DNA from: Candidatus Moraniibacteriota bacterium | Lineage (GTDB): Bacteria; Patescibacteriota; Minisyncoccia; Moranbacterales; UBA1568 | Reading direction: 5' to 3' | Assembly (NCBI GenBank): GCA_052034975.1 | Contig: JBPOIA010000002.1 | Location: forward strand, 3,461-67,460 | Length of the DNA: 64,000 bases | Part shown: piece by piece, positions 9,160 through 18,631 of the stretch | Layout: each line of letters opens with the position of its first letter | How positions within the stretch are numbered: position 1 is the first letter of the stretch | The notes under the pieces: model-generated | Database searches by the model: none | Seen by the model: only the letters and a program-made list of their open reading frames with translations | What the model was told of the DNA's origin: nothing | Position numbers and translations under genes: made by a program

Positions 9160-11250
9160 TTACGCCCTTTCCCTGGAAAATTCCTCTTCCAAAAGGATCG
9201 CTAGCTTGGGCGGAAGCATATTCTTGCGCGTCAACTCGCATAACCCTTCCTCCATCACCTTTGCAAGGCTCCGCTTTCCGAAATCCTCGTTCAAAGCTTC
9301 GAGATACGTTGAATCCTCAGAAACAGCCGCTTCGGTCCGCATATGCGCATCATTATGGAATTCCTGATGGGACGCAATGACCCTGTCCACCACTTCGTGA
9401 TACGCCGCAGATTCTATCTTGGATCGATGTTTGAGCTTCAAGAGTTCTTTAACGACTTTTCTCGCGATGATTTCCTGCGCGCGATAATACATATACCGTT
9501 CCTTCAATATCTCCTGCTTGGTCGGCTTCGGCAGAAATATCCGATGGAGAAACGCCGCCAACTGCTCAAACCAGTCCGGTGTGAATTCCTCGTCAAGCGA
9601 ACGAATCTGAACACCTCCTTCTTCCACGCGCTCAAGCTGTACGTCAAGTTTCGCCAAAATCCGTTTGTAGACCGGTTCGCTCACTTCCCGATATTGGAAC
9701 AAAAGTCCGAGAAAATGCTTCTCGATGCCGAGCGCGTACGCCCGGAGTGCCTGTTCGAAATCCGCCGGCCGGCCGGTAAGGATTTTCTCGCATTCTCCGT
9801 ATTCGAGATCGCGCCGATGCTCCGACCATTTTTCGATCTTTTCGTGCGCCGACGCACTCAAATAGCCCTTCGAGAAGAATTCCGACAGTTTCCCGATAGC
9901 ATAGGAAAAGATAAATACTCGGCTCTGCCGATATTCCGCCTCTTCGGCCGACGTCAGCGCATTTAGCTTGAAACGATTGATCATCGTGCTGATGCTGGTC
10001 GCCTTCACGAACAGCGTGAAATAAATGCAACCGATAGTGATGGCCGTAACGAACTCCTTTACCGTAAAATCGTACCGCCAGCCGGGCAAAGAAAGACTGT
10101 CCGGGATGAGCATCACCATAATGACCGCGAGCGCGCCGCGCAGGCTCCCCCACGCGAGAAGATGCTGCCACGTAGTCGGAATGAATTGTTCCTTCCTCGT
10201 GAAGTTGAGTAAGCGGACCACCGGATACACCGATACTGCCCGCGCCAGTATGACGACCAGTACCGTCAGGAAGATCGGGAGCACGAAACGTCCGAAGTCG
10301 ATCGGTAAATCGGCAAACAAGAGTCCCATCGTGATGAAAACGAGAGAATTAGCAACAAACGCAAAATATCCCCAAAAACGCTCCATAAATTGCTCGACGC
10401 GCGGCGAAAGCTTGGAACGGCCATAATTTCCGATGATCATCGATGCCAAGACGGTCGCGATGATCGAAGAAAGATGTATCTCGTGTCCGAATAACGTCAG
10501 GGAATGCGACAACACCTCCGAGAGGATAAATGTCAGATGGGCGACCAGCATCGTAAGGGTGATCTCGATATGCTCGCTGTTCTCCACTTTCTCGATGAGC
10601 TTGGCGAACAGAAAGCCCATAAAGAGCCCAAAAACTATACCGCCAAGCACCATCGTCGAGAACATAAAAATTCCATCGAAGATCGTCTCCCAGCCGGAAA
10701 ATCCCTTGAGAATGATTTCCAATACGATGAGAAAGGCCGCAAGCGACGTTCCGTCGTTGAAAAGACTTTCTCCTTCAAAAAGAAACGAGAGTCGCTTCGG
10801 TACGCCGACCTCCTTGAAAAGCGCGAGTACCGCCACTGGGTCGGTCGCTGAAATCAAGGCGCCGAAGAGGAGTGTTGCAAGGAACGGAACTTCCATTCCG
10901 ATCAGACGAAAAGCGAAGAACAATGCGAACGCGACAAAGAACATCGAGATGATGAGACTGCCGACCGACAACCACGTGACGGAACGGACGTTTCGCATCA
11001 GTTCGCGGACGCGCATATTGTACGCCGCTTCGAAAATAAGGATGGGCAGAAAGATATAGAAGAGGAGTTCCGGAGTCAGATGAAACGCTTTCAGGAACGC
11101 AAATCCCGGAATATGCGTGATCGGAACGAGGAACGATCCAACCAGCACCAAAAGGACCGTATACGGCAACCGGGCACGCTGCGAAACGAAGTACGTACCG
11201 ATGGAAATCAGCATAAGCAAAAACGCCGAAAGGATGACTTCGATGGTCAT
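9160..11250 (-). CDS. Na+/H+ antiporter, CPA1/NhaP type, with long cytoplasmic C-terminal domain
   Basis: ATDPVAVLALFKEVGVPKRLSFLFEGESLFNDGTSLAAFL signature; about 12 TM, then roughly 270 aa soluble tail; ATG at 11250. Confidence 0.85.
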   Translation of the reverse strand: MTIEVILSAFLLMLISIGTYFVSQRARLPYTVLLVLVGSFLVPITHIPGFAFLKAFHLTPELLFYIFLPILIFEAAYNMRVRELMRNVRSVTWLSVGSLIISMFFVAFALFFAFRLIGMEVPFLATLLFGALISATDPVAVLALFKEVGVPKRLSFLFEGESLFNDGTSLAAFLIVLEIILKGFSGWETIFDGIFMFSTMVLGGIVFGLFMGFLFAKLIEKVENSEHIEITLTMLVAHLTFILSEVLSHSLTLFGHEIHLSSIIATVLASMIIGNYGRSKLSPRVEQFMERFWGYFAFVANSLVFITMGLLFADLPIDFGRFVLPIFLTVLVVILARAVSVYPVVRLLNFTRKEQFIPTTWQHLLAWGSLRGALAVIMVMLIPDSLSLPGWRYDFTVKEFVTAITIGCIYFTLFVKATSISTMINRFKLNALTSAEEAEYRQSRVFIFSYAIGKLSEFFSKGYLSASAHEKIEKWSEHRRDLEYGECEKILTGRPADFEQALRAYALGIEKHFLGLLFQYREVSEPVYKRILAKLDVQLERVEEGGVQIRSLDEEFTPDWFEQLAAFLHRIFLPKPTKQEILKERYMYYRAQEIIARKVVKELLKLKHRSKIESAAYHEVVDRVIASHQEFHNDAHMRTEAAVSEDSTYLEALNEDFGKRSLAKVMEEGLCELTRKNMLPPKLAILLEEEFSRERA

Positions 11251-11339
11251 AGGAAAGAAAAATTAAAAAAAGAAAAAGCGGCGGAACCGGAAGGTTTTGC
11301 CACGAAGATGAAAACAAATAATATTGTACTCCTTTTCTT

Positions 11340-11386
11340 TCTTCTGTCAAAAAAGAAAGCTCCGCCTTGACGGCGGAGCTTCTGAA
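11340..11386 (-). terminator. Rho-independent terminator after rplL (minus strand)
   Basis: Perfect 9-bp palindrome AGCTCCGCC-TTGA-CGGCGGAGCT; on the minus transcript it is followed by UUCUUUUUUG. Confidence 0.55.
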
Positions 11387-11402
11387 CCGTTCGAGAGATC
11401 GG

Positions 11403-11810
11403 TTATTTGAGGGTCACGGTCGCACCGGCTTCCTCGAGCTTCTTCTTGAAGTTCTCGGCATCGGCCTTGGCGACTTTCTCCTTGATCACTTTCGGGGCGG
11501 CATCGACGAGCGCCTTGCTCTCGGCAAGACCGAGGCCGGTCACTTCGCGGACGACCTTGATCACATTGATCTTCTGACCGCCGGCATTGGTAAGCTCGAC
11601 ATCGAAGTCGGTCTTTTCCTCAGCGGCCGGAGCGGCACCAGCAGCAGCCGGCATCGCGCCCATCATCATCGGGGCGGCAGCCGTCACACCGAATTTGTCT
11701 TCCAGCACTTTCACGAGCTCAGAAAGATCGAGGACACTCATCTTCTCGATTTCCGAGACAAGCTTCTCGAATTTCTCCGGCACAACCACTTCCTTCTTCT
11801 CTTCTGACAT
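11403..11810 (-). CDS. rplL: 50S ribosomal protein L7/L12
   Basis: [42 protein letters not shown]...Ala/Met-rich hinge...EAGATVTLK. Confidence 0.95.
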   Translation of the reverse strand: MSEEKKEVVVPEKFEKLVSEIEKMSVLDLSELVKVLEDKFGVTAAAPMMMGAMPAAAGAAPAAEEKTDFDVELTNAGGQKINVIKVVREVTGLGLAESKALVDAAPKVIKEKVAKADAENFKKKLEEAGATVTLK

Positions 11811-11863
11811 ACGCTTTACGTTAAACGTTAATTATATTGATTACTTCTTGATACCTCTTAAAA

Positions 11864-12388
11864 TTATGCTTTCTTTTCTTCGATCGCTTTCAATGCCTGC
11901 ACCAATCCGCGGAGATTGCCCGACAATACCCGAGCGAAACCACTAATCGGAGCCTGGAGCGTGCCCACGAGCGTAGCACGGAGTTCGTCTCGGCTCGGCA
12001 GCTTGGCGAGTGCCTTGATCTCCTCGACGGAAAGCGATTTCGTTCCAAGTGCGCCTCCTTCGATCGACAGCGTGGTCTCTTTATTGGCCTTCAAGAAATC
12101 TGCGAGTGTTTTTGCGGCGGATACTTCGTCTTTCGAAAACGCCACACCAACCTGCCCCTCGAGCTTCCTCGCATCGACATCGACGCCGACGGCTTTGAGA
12201 GCAATAGCAAGGAGCGTCTTTTTGAGCACTTGCCAGCTCGAACCGCTCTTCGCAAGCTCCTTGCGGATAGCGGTCAGATCCTTGACATTCACGCCCTTAT
12301 AATTCGCGAACACGAGCGCTTTGGAATCCTTCAATTTGGCGGCGACTTCCGCAACCAACGCTTCTTTTTGTTGTCTCGTTTGCTGCAT
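11864..12388 (-). CDS. rplJ: 50S ribosomal protein L10
   Basis: MQQTRQQKEALVAEVAAKLKDSKALVFANYKGVNVKDLTAIRKEL...; immediately upstream of rplL. Confidence 0.95.
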   Translation of the reverse strand: MQQTRQQKEALVAEVAAKLKDSKALVFANYKGVNVKDLTAIRKELAKSGSSWQVLKKTLLAIALKAVGVDVDARKLEGQVGVAFSKDEVSAAKTLADFLKANKETTLSIEGGALGTKSLSVEEIKALAKLPSRDELRATLVGTLQAPISGFARVLSGNLRGLVQALKAIEEKKA

Positions 12389-12550
12389 ACCCGGTAGTGA
12401 AACTTCGACAGCTTCTTTTGAGCTATTCGAAGTTTTCAGTTAACATAATTACATCATTCAAACTCAGTTTTCTGGTCTTTCTGAATGCCGGTCGAAGTTC
12501 TCCTACCGGGCATACTCGAGAAATTCTCTTTAACCGATTATTTCAAAAAA
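12389..12550 (-). promoter_or_regulatory. Probable rplJ leader (L10-L12 autoregulatory 5' UTR) and promoter region
   Basis: About 350-nt non-coding gap between rpsP and rplJ; rplJ leaders are conserved autoregulatory elements. Position-based inference; no motif verified. Confidence 0.3.
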
Positions 12551-12585
12551 ATAAACTGCGGCAAAACCGCAGCATTTCGAAAGAT
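12551..12585 (-). terminator. Putative rho-independent terminator inside the rpsP-rplJ gap
   Basis: On the minus transcript: CTGCGG-UUUUG-CCGCAG followed by UUUAUUUUUUUG. Confidence 0.4.
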
Positions 12586-12746
12586 TTCTGAACATTTCTT
12601 GGCGCTATCTTTTCGACTGTCGCCGGAAATGTCCTTTTCCTCGTGAGGCCTTTTCGGAAGCTTATCCGCCGGCTGGCGGACCTCATTTCTGCGGAATATG
12701 AAGTTGTATGATTCAGTGTACTCCGAAATCGAAGTGGCGTCAAGCA

Positions 12747-13136
12747 TTACTCCGTTTTGGCCTCTTCGGCCGGAGCCTCTTCCTTTTTCTCCTCGACGGT
12801 CATTTCGACAGCCGCTACCGCTCCATCCTGAACCGGAGCCTCTTCCGTCTTCGGCTCTTCCGCCTTAACCGGACGTGGCATCTTCTTGGCGATTTTCTTC
12901 CCTTCAATAATACTCTCGCGAACAAGCATATTATGGACGGCATCGGACACCTGGGCACCCTGGCCGATCCAAAAAAGAATACGGTCCTTCTTCAGGATAG
13001 TCGTCTTCTTGTGCGGATCATAACTGCCCAAAATCTCCACATGGCGCTTGCCCGGAGCTTTTGTATGCTCTTGGAGCGTCACACGGAAATATGCGCGATT
13101 CCTTTTGCCGGTGCGATTGAGACGGATGGTCAACAT
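12747..13136 (-). CDS. rpsP: 30S ribosomal protein S16 with a Glu/Lys/Pro/Ala-rich C-terminal extension
   Basis: MLTIRLNRTGKRNRAYFRVTLQEHTKAPGKRHVEILGSYDPHKK... Confidence 0.9.
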   Translation of the reverse strand: MLTIRLNRTGKRNRAYFRVTLQEHTKAPGKRHVEILGSYDPHKKTTILKKDRILFWIGQGAQVSDAVHNMLVRESIIEGKKIAKKMPRPVKAEEPKTEEAPVQDGAVAAVEMTVEEKKEEAPAEEAKTE

Positions 13137-13252
13137 ATCGGATAAAACGGTTTTTAGATGTATACAAACCCCACTCTAACGTATTTTCCGGATGCTGTCA
13201 ACAAAAAACCCGCCTTCTGCCGAACAGAAAGACGGGCGCAATGTGTTTTTCT

Positions 13253-14023
13253 TCACGCGATGCCCAAGCGGCCGTATCTCGAAAGGATCCGCGAAACTTC
13301 GCTCAGTTCGACGAGAATCCGGTCACGTTCGTCGTTTAGTGCTTCCTGTCTCCCTTTCAGGGTTTCCAGGTCCCGTTTCAATTTTTCTTCCTGTTCCACT
13401 GCCCTCTGTTTCCTGAGAGACAGCCTCTCGAGAATGGGATTCGGGATCCTTTCATCCATCGGCGGTTCCGCGAAAGAGAACAGGATATCGGCCCACACGT
13501 TCCCTGGAATCTCCGGTTCTCCGCCCGATGACGATTGTTTCATAAACGAGAAACAGGTGTCGTCACCGAGGCAGACGATAAGCGGATTCGGGAAAAACTG
13601 GGAGAATTCCTGCCGCAAGATGCCGAGAAGATCTCCTGTTGGCCTTCGTTTGGGAACATTCCCGCGTCCTGATTCCAAGCTGACATAGCTTTTGACCAGG
13701 GGCAACGTCTCCCAGCCGGTCGAAAACCTACCCCAAAGGATCTTCTCCCATACGTCCGGCAGATACGGAGGGGGCATAAAGCCATATCTTGATCCATCCA
13801 TATCGCGACGGATCGGCTGTTGTTTCTCGTACGCCACGACGCAGAAATGCTCGTCGGCATACTCGGGAAACAGTGGCAGGAGTTCTCCTGCATCGGACCG
13901 TATCTCGATGCCGGCGGAATACCCCGGCCCCTTCCCTTCCTCGTACAACACGAATCCGGTTCTTTCGATATTCTTGATCGCATTGAATCGCATCGTTGCC
14001 ACCCCTCCAAAGGTAAAGAACAC
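13253..14023 (-). CDS. Hypothetical protein with C-terminal coiled coil, immediately downstream of smc
   Basis: 256-aa ORF 46 nt after the smc stop. C-terminus LSLRKQRAVEQEEKLKRDLETLKGRQEALNDERDRILVEL is coiled-coil-like. No ScpA/ScpB/FtsY signature. Confidence 0.5.
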   Translation of the reverse strand: MFFTFGGVATMRFNAIKNIERTGFVLYEEGKGPGYSAGIEIRSDAGELLPLFPEYADEHFCVVAYEKQQPIRRDMDGSRYGFMPPPYLPDVWEKILWGRFSTGWETLPLVKSYVSLESGRGNVPKRRPTGDLLGILRQEFSQFFPNPLIVCLGDDTCFSFMKQSSSGGEPEIPGNVWADILFSFAEPPMDERIPNPILERLSLRKQRAVEQEEKLKRDLETLKGRQEALNDERDRILVELSEVSRILSRYGRLGIA

Positions 14024-14069
14024 GCCGCCAGTATAGCAGGGAAAGGATTACTGTCAAACAGAGATTTGC

Positions 14070-16373
14070 TTATGCCGAAAGAACTTTTCCGTGTTCACCA
14101 ACCTGATCGAGACGGACGGAGAGAAGCTGCGAGATGCCGTCTTGACCCATCGTCACCCCGTAGAGAAGCCCAGCCTGTGCCATCGTTTCGCGGTTATGGG
14201 TGATGGCGATGAATTGCGTGTGATCGGAGAGTTCGCGGAGCATTTTTCCGAAACGCCGCGAGTTGGCTTCATCGAGTGCCGCCTCCACTTCGTCAAGCAC
14301 CGAGAACGGCGGCGGATTGTGCGAAATGATAGCGAAAAGAAGCGCCAAGGACGTAAGCGACCGTTCGCCACCGGACAACATAGAAAGATGAGTGATCTTC
14401 TTTCCCGGCGGACACGCGAGGATCTCAATACCAATCTCATCCGCCTCCTCCGTCTCTGCCTCTTCCAATTCTTCCTCGGCATCCGTTCCTTCGCCTTTTC
14501 CACCCCTCGTCCGCCTCTTCATCTTCACGAGTTCCAGTTCGGCTTTTCCCCCACCGAAGATAATTTTGAAATATTCGGCGAACTTCCTGCGAATTTCCCG
14601 GAACGCACCCTGAAACGCATCATCAATTTTCCGATCCATCTCCCGAATCACCGTTTGGAGCGATTCGATAGCCTGCTTGAGATCGGCCGATTCGCGTGTC
14701 AGGAATTCGAAACGTTTTTCCGTCTCCTGATATTCCTCCACCACGAGCGGATCGATGCCGCCAATATGTTCGATCTCGACTTTGAGCCGTGCGATCTCGC
14801 GTTCAAGGCGTTCGCGCTCGACCGACGTCCCGTCGTATTTCAGATCATTCACGCCCATCGAGAGCTCCTCGTGCACGAGCGCCGTTAGGTCTTCTTCGCG
14901 CACCTCGACGCGCGCCAAACGAACCTTGATATCGTTCACGCTGTCTTTGAGTCGTGTCAGACGATATTCCTTTTCCCGCCATTCTTTCTCTTTGGCAAAG
15001 AATGTCTCACGCGCCGTCCGTCCCGTATCGCGCAGCCCGGCGACAAGCCGTTCGTTTTCCGTTATGGATCGCTGAATGGCCTCCGCCGCCGTGTTCAATT
15101 TTTCTTTTTCTTCCATAAGCCGTGTCAAACGCTCGTCGCTCGCCTTCTTTTCGTTCTCCGGCAAGGCGATCGTCTTGGTTTCCTTGATACTCCCCTGTCC
15201 GGCTTTTTCATCAAGGTCGTGAAGCTTCTGTTTGATCACTTGGGCGAATTCGCGGATATCCTGCAAGTCTTCCAATTTCTCGGCATTTCGGATACGGTCG
15301 ATGAGTTCCTGCTGATCGGCACGGATCTCTTCCAATGCCTTCCTAACATACCCAAGATCCACCGGCACGATACGCACGACTTCTTGTTCTTTTTGTTTCT
15401 CCTTTTCGATCTCGATCTTTCCGTCAGTGATGCTCCGATCACGCAAGAGCACATTTCCTTCGTCGCGCAGCCGCAAAAGATCACGTTCGGCAGTCTCTTC
15501 GGCGTCGCGATTTTCCATCGATTTCGATGCCTCAGACACTTCGCGTGCCAAATTATTAGTCTCCACTTCGAGAGCAAACGCTTCCTGTTGCATCATATCG
15601 CGCTCCTTGGTCAACGTCCCGCGCTCACCCTGAAATACATCCCAAAGGAATCCGTACAGGAGGAGTTGTTTTTCGCGAAGCTTCCCCGCGATTTCTTTGC
15701 CCTGCGAAGCCTTCTCGGCTTGGCGACGGAGATTCTTCAGATGCGGCTCGATCTCTACCGTGAGCGCATCAACGCGCGCCAAATTCTCTCTCGTACTATC
15801 GAGCTTTCGGAGCGCGCGTTCCTTCTCGATCTGATACTGCTTCACACCGGCGGCGTCTTCGAAAATCGATCGCCGCTCCGAGAGCGTGGCATTCAATACC
15901 GCATCGCTCATCCCCTGCGTGATAACGCAGTAGCTGTCCTTGCCGATACCCGCTTTGGCAAGCAGGTCGACGATATCCATCAACCGCACCTGCGACCCAT
16001 TAATAAGATATTCGCTCTCGCCGCTCCGATACACTTTTCGCGTTATCGAAACCTCAGCGAACTCGATCGGGATACGCTTGTCAGAATTATCAAAATAAAG
16101 CGTCACCGACGCCGCACCCAGACGAGCTTTTTTATCCGTCCCGGCAAAAATGACGTCTTCGGATTTTTTCCCACGCAGATTTTTCCATGACTGTTCTCCG
16201 ATGGCCCAGCGGATCGCGTCGGCCACATTCGATTTTCCGCTGCCGTTCGGTCCGACGATCGCCGTAATACCACATTTTCCACCGCTTGCGATATCGCATT
16301 CGGGCAGAAAATCAAGCGCCGTCTTGTTGGCGAAGGATTTGAATCCGCTGATTTCGAGTTTCTTCAAATACAT
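14070..16373 (-). CDS. smc: SMC chromosome-segregation ATPase; short (about 767 aa), with no recognisable hinge domain
   Basis: N-head MYLKKLEISGFKSF...GPNGSGKSNVADAIRWAIGEQSWKNLRG; C-head LSGGERSLTSLALLFAI...FSVLDEVEAALDEAN..FIAITHN. Start taken at the internal ATG (16373); the long ORF begins at 16424. Synteny rnc-smc as in Bacillus. Confidence 0.85.
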   Translation of the reverse strand: MYLKKLEISGFKSFANKTALDFLPECDIASGGKCGITAIVGPNGSGKSNVADAIRWAIGEQSWKNLRGKKSEDVIFAGTDKKARLGAASVTLYFDNSDKRIPIEFAEVSITRKVYRSGESEYLINGSQVRLMDIVDLLAKAGIGKDSYCVITQGMSDAVLNATLSERRSIFEDAAGVKQYQIEKERALRKLDSTRENLARVDALTVEIEPHLKNLRRQAEKASQGKEIAGKLREKQLLLYGFLWDVFQGERGTLTKERDMMQQEAFALEVETNNLAREVSEASKSMENRDAEETAERDLLRLRDEGNVLLRDRSITDGKIEIEKEKQKEQEVVRIVPVDLGYVRKALEEIRADQQELIDRIRNAEKLEDLQDIREFAQVIKQKLHDLDEKAGQGSIKETKTIALPENEKKASDERLTRLMEEKEKLNTAAEAIQRSITENERLVAGLRDTGRTARETFFAKEKEWREKEYRLTRLKDSVNDIKVRLARVEVREEDLTALVHEELSMGVNDLKYDGTSVERERLEREIARLKVEIEHIGGIDPLVVEEYQETEKRFEFLTRESADLKQAIESLQTVIREMDRKIDDAFQGAFREIRRKFAEYFKIIFGGGKAELELVKMKRRTRGGKGEGTDAEEELEEAETEEADEIGIEILACPPGKKITHLSMLSGGERSLTSLALLFAIISHNPPPFSVLDEVEAALDEANSRRFGKMLRELSDHTQFIAITHNRETMAQAGLLYGVTMGQDGISQLLSVRLDQVGEHGKVLSA

Positions 16374-16542
16374 TTCCGAAGAAGTAAGTAGTATGTAGTA
16401 AGTAACAAGAAAAACATAAAGCACGTTCGCACCCTTGCTCCTTTCTACTGGCTACTTTCCAGTATATCCCAAATCAAACCAAAAGAAAAAGGCTTGCCAA
16501 ATATGACAAGCCCGTGTTTCAAAGACGCCAAGCCGGCAAGGA

Positions 16543-16677
16543 TTACCGCCAAAAACCCTTTTCGAAGGAATCCAGAAACCAGTCTTTTAACCTCCAAAGA
16601 AAAGGAACCGCGTACCACAGAACAAGTCCGATGGCCGCGATGAGAAGCATCGTTTCGTTCGACAGATTAAACATCAT
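16543..16677 (-). CDS. Putative 44-aa single-TM membrane peptide between rnc and smc
   Basis: ATGATG preceded by a strong SD (GAAGGAGGAAAG-ATG); sequence MMFNLSNETMLLIAAIGLVLWYAVPFLWRLKDWF... Confidence 0.4.
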   Translation of the reverse strand: MMFNLSNETMLLIAAIGLVLWYAVPFLWRLKDWFLDSFEKGFWR

Positions 16678-16699
16678 CTTTCCTCCTTCTGAAAAAACG

Positions 16700-16966
16700 T
16701 TATGCCACGAACATATCGGCCGTTTCACTCGTACGTGTCGACGGGTAAAGTTCGTAACAGCAGCGTCCTGCCGAACCGAAACACTGCCCGCCCGGTTCGG
16801 ACGAAACCGCTGCTGCGGAAAAATTCCGCTTCTCGCATTCCGGATGCGCCGGACGCCTGGGATCAAAATGACAGTGCCGTTCCGGAATATGAGACGGTTT
16901 CCCGATAAGCGCGGTTCGGATCAACGCTTCCCCGACCGATGTCGGGCTTTCAGATCGCTTATCCAT
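16700..16966 (-). CDS. Possible 88-aa Cys-containing small protein
   Basis: ATG at 16966 with GGGAG at about -8; CHFDPRRPAHPEC ... CFGSAGRCC. Pro/Arg/Ser-rich composition typical of a GC-rich off-frame, so it may be spurious. Confidence 0.25.
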   Translation of the reverse strand: MDKRSESPTSVGEALIRTALIGKPSHIPERHCHFDPRRPAHPECEKRNFSAAAVSSEPGGQCFGSAGRCCYELYPSTRTSETADMFVA

Positions 16967-17024
16967 CGTATACTCCCTTCTTGTAAAAAAACTTGAAAAA
17001 TAACCGATATCGCTTTTGGTAATA

Positions 17025-17723
17025 TCACGACCAGCCTTTTTTCGCAAGCGCTTCCCGAGCGGCGGCGCGCTGCGCATCCTGTTTGGATGCTCCCTCGCCT
17101 TCGGCCACCAGCTCTTCACCGATAAAGACGCCGGCGACAAAATGCCGGTCGTGATCTGGTCCCCATTCTTTCAAGACACGATATCCCGGTGTCATACCGG
17201 TCTTTTCCTGTGAGAGCTCCTGAAAACGACTCTTCGGATCGGTATAGAGATTCTGTTCGAGCACTTCTTCCAAATGACTCAGAATATGCCGATCGATAAA
17301 ATCCCGGGCGGCATCGTATCCCTGATCGAGATAGAGCGCACCGATGATCGCTTCCATCGCGTTTGCAATCAGATACTGGCGCGCGCGGCCGGTATCTTTG
17401 GATTCACCCCGGCTCATCAGGAGAAAATCCTGCACCCGAAGATCCTGGCCGATTTTTGCCAGCATATCGCCGTTCACGAGCGCGGCGCGAAAGCTCGTCA
17501 GCTCACCCTCGGGATTGTCGAAATGATCGAAGAGATGACGCGTGACCGCGAGTTCAAGCACGGCGTCACCTAAAAATTCCAACCGTTCGTTGTGCGGAAA
17601 CGCATACTCCCGGTGCTCGTTTAAGTACGAACGGTGTGTCAGCGCTTCCTGAAACAGATCTTGATTCCGTATCGCGATGCCGAACGTCTCTTCTAATTGC
17701 TGCTTGTCGATAGTACTAGACAT
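17025..17723 (-). CDS. rnc: Ribonuclease III
   Basis: ERLEFLGDAVLELAV signature, catalytic E..A.IGA.YLD, C-terminal dsRBD. Confidence 0.95.
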   Translation of the reverse strand: MSSTIDKQQLEETFGIAIRNQDLFQEALTHRSYLNEHREYAFPHNERLEFLGDAVLELAVTRHLFDHFDNPEGELTSFRAALVNGDMLAKIGQDLRVQDFLLMSRGESKDTGRARQYLIANAMEAIIGALYLDQGYDAARDFIDRHILSHLEEVLEQNLYTDPKSRFQELSQEKTGMTPGYRVLKEWGPDHDRHFVAGVFIGEELVAEGEGASKQDAQRAAAREALAKKGWS

Positions 17724-17762
17724 ACTCTTTCTTACGGAAAAGGCGCGAAACGCGCCTGAGAG

Positions 17763-18308
17763 TCATTTCTTATGAGTAGTTTTTTTCTTCGCCGGCTTAG
17801 CCATATGCCTCACTCTTGTTTCGGCCTCTTTCTTTTCTTGTTTTTCGATGTTGCGCTTGTGATTCTCGGATACGTCATTCTTCATCGGTTCGCCCATCTC
17901 TCGATAGATTGTCCCCAAAACACCGTTCACGAACCGCGGACTCGAATCGCTCCCAAACGACTTTGCCAGCTCGATTGCCTCATTGATGGCGACTTTCGGC
18001 GGTACTTCGTCGTAATTACCGAACATCAGCTCGTAAATACCGAGTCGCAGAACGTTGCGGTCCACGACTGTCACTTGTTCAAGTGGCCATTCCGGCGCGC
18101 ATTTCTCGATCAGTTTATCGATCGTTTTGCGTTCGCGGAGCGTGCCCTCGAGAAGCTGGCTCGCGAATATCGCGTCTTCGAGCCCGGGTGCGAATTCCTG
18201 TATGTTGCGCTTCAAAATATCGCGCGACTGGTCATCGTGCTTTCCCTGGAAGTCCCACTCGAAGAGGGACTGCATCGCTACCGATCTTTGAAGATGCCTG
18301 TTTGCCAT
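17763..18308 (-). CDS. nusB: Transcription antitermination factor NusB with a Lys-rich C-terminal tail
   Basis: [17 protein letters not shown]...FVNGVLGTI NusB fold. Start set at the internal ATG (18308) just after the rpmF stop; tail ...[12 protein letters not shown]. Confidence 0.8.
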   Translation of the reverse strand: MANRHLQRSVAMQSLFEWDFQGKHDDQSRDILKRNIQEFAPGLEDAIFASQLLEGTLRERKTIDKLIEKCAPEWPLEQVTVVDRNVLRLGIYELMFGNYDEVPPKVAINEAIELAKSFGSDSSPRFVNGVLGTIYREMGEPMKNDVSENHKRNIEKQEKKEAETRVRHMAKPAKKKTTHKK

Positions 18309-18358
18309 TTTTGTTTCAAAACGCTTTTTGTGGCGCGGCGCGCCAGTTTTCTCACGCT

Positions 18359-18562
18359 CTATTTCTTCTTTCCGGCTTTCTGTTTGGGTGCGGTTTTCAC
18401 CACTTCCCGACCCTTGTACGTACCGCATTTGGCACAGGCGCGATGCGGTAATATAGGCGCCTTGCATTTGGAACACTCGCGGGTCTTCACGGTCTTCGTA
18501 TCATACTGCTTGCGTGCGCGGTCGCGACGATGACGGGTATGTCTTTGCTTAGGCAATGCCAT
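18359..18562 (-). CDS. rpmF: 50S ribosomal protein L32
   Basis: [17 protein letters not shown]...[25 protein letters not shown] zinc ribbon. Confidence 0.9.
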   Translation of the reverse strand: MALPKQRHTRHRRDRARKQYDTKTVKTRECSKCKAPILPHRACAKCGTYKGREVVKTAPKQKAGKKK

Positions 18563-18631
18563 AATTTCGTACGGTTAGCAAGAATTATTCAATACGCCCA
18601 CTCTATCAGTTTCCGATCGCTTTGACAAGAG

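Noticed and set aside
15219-16190. 323-aa plus-strand ORF
   Set aside because: Antisense to smc.
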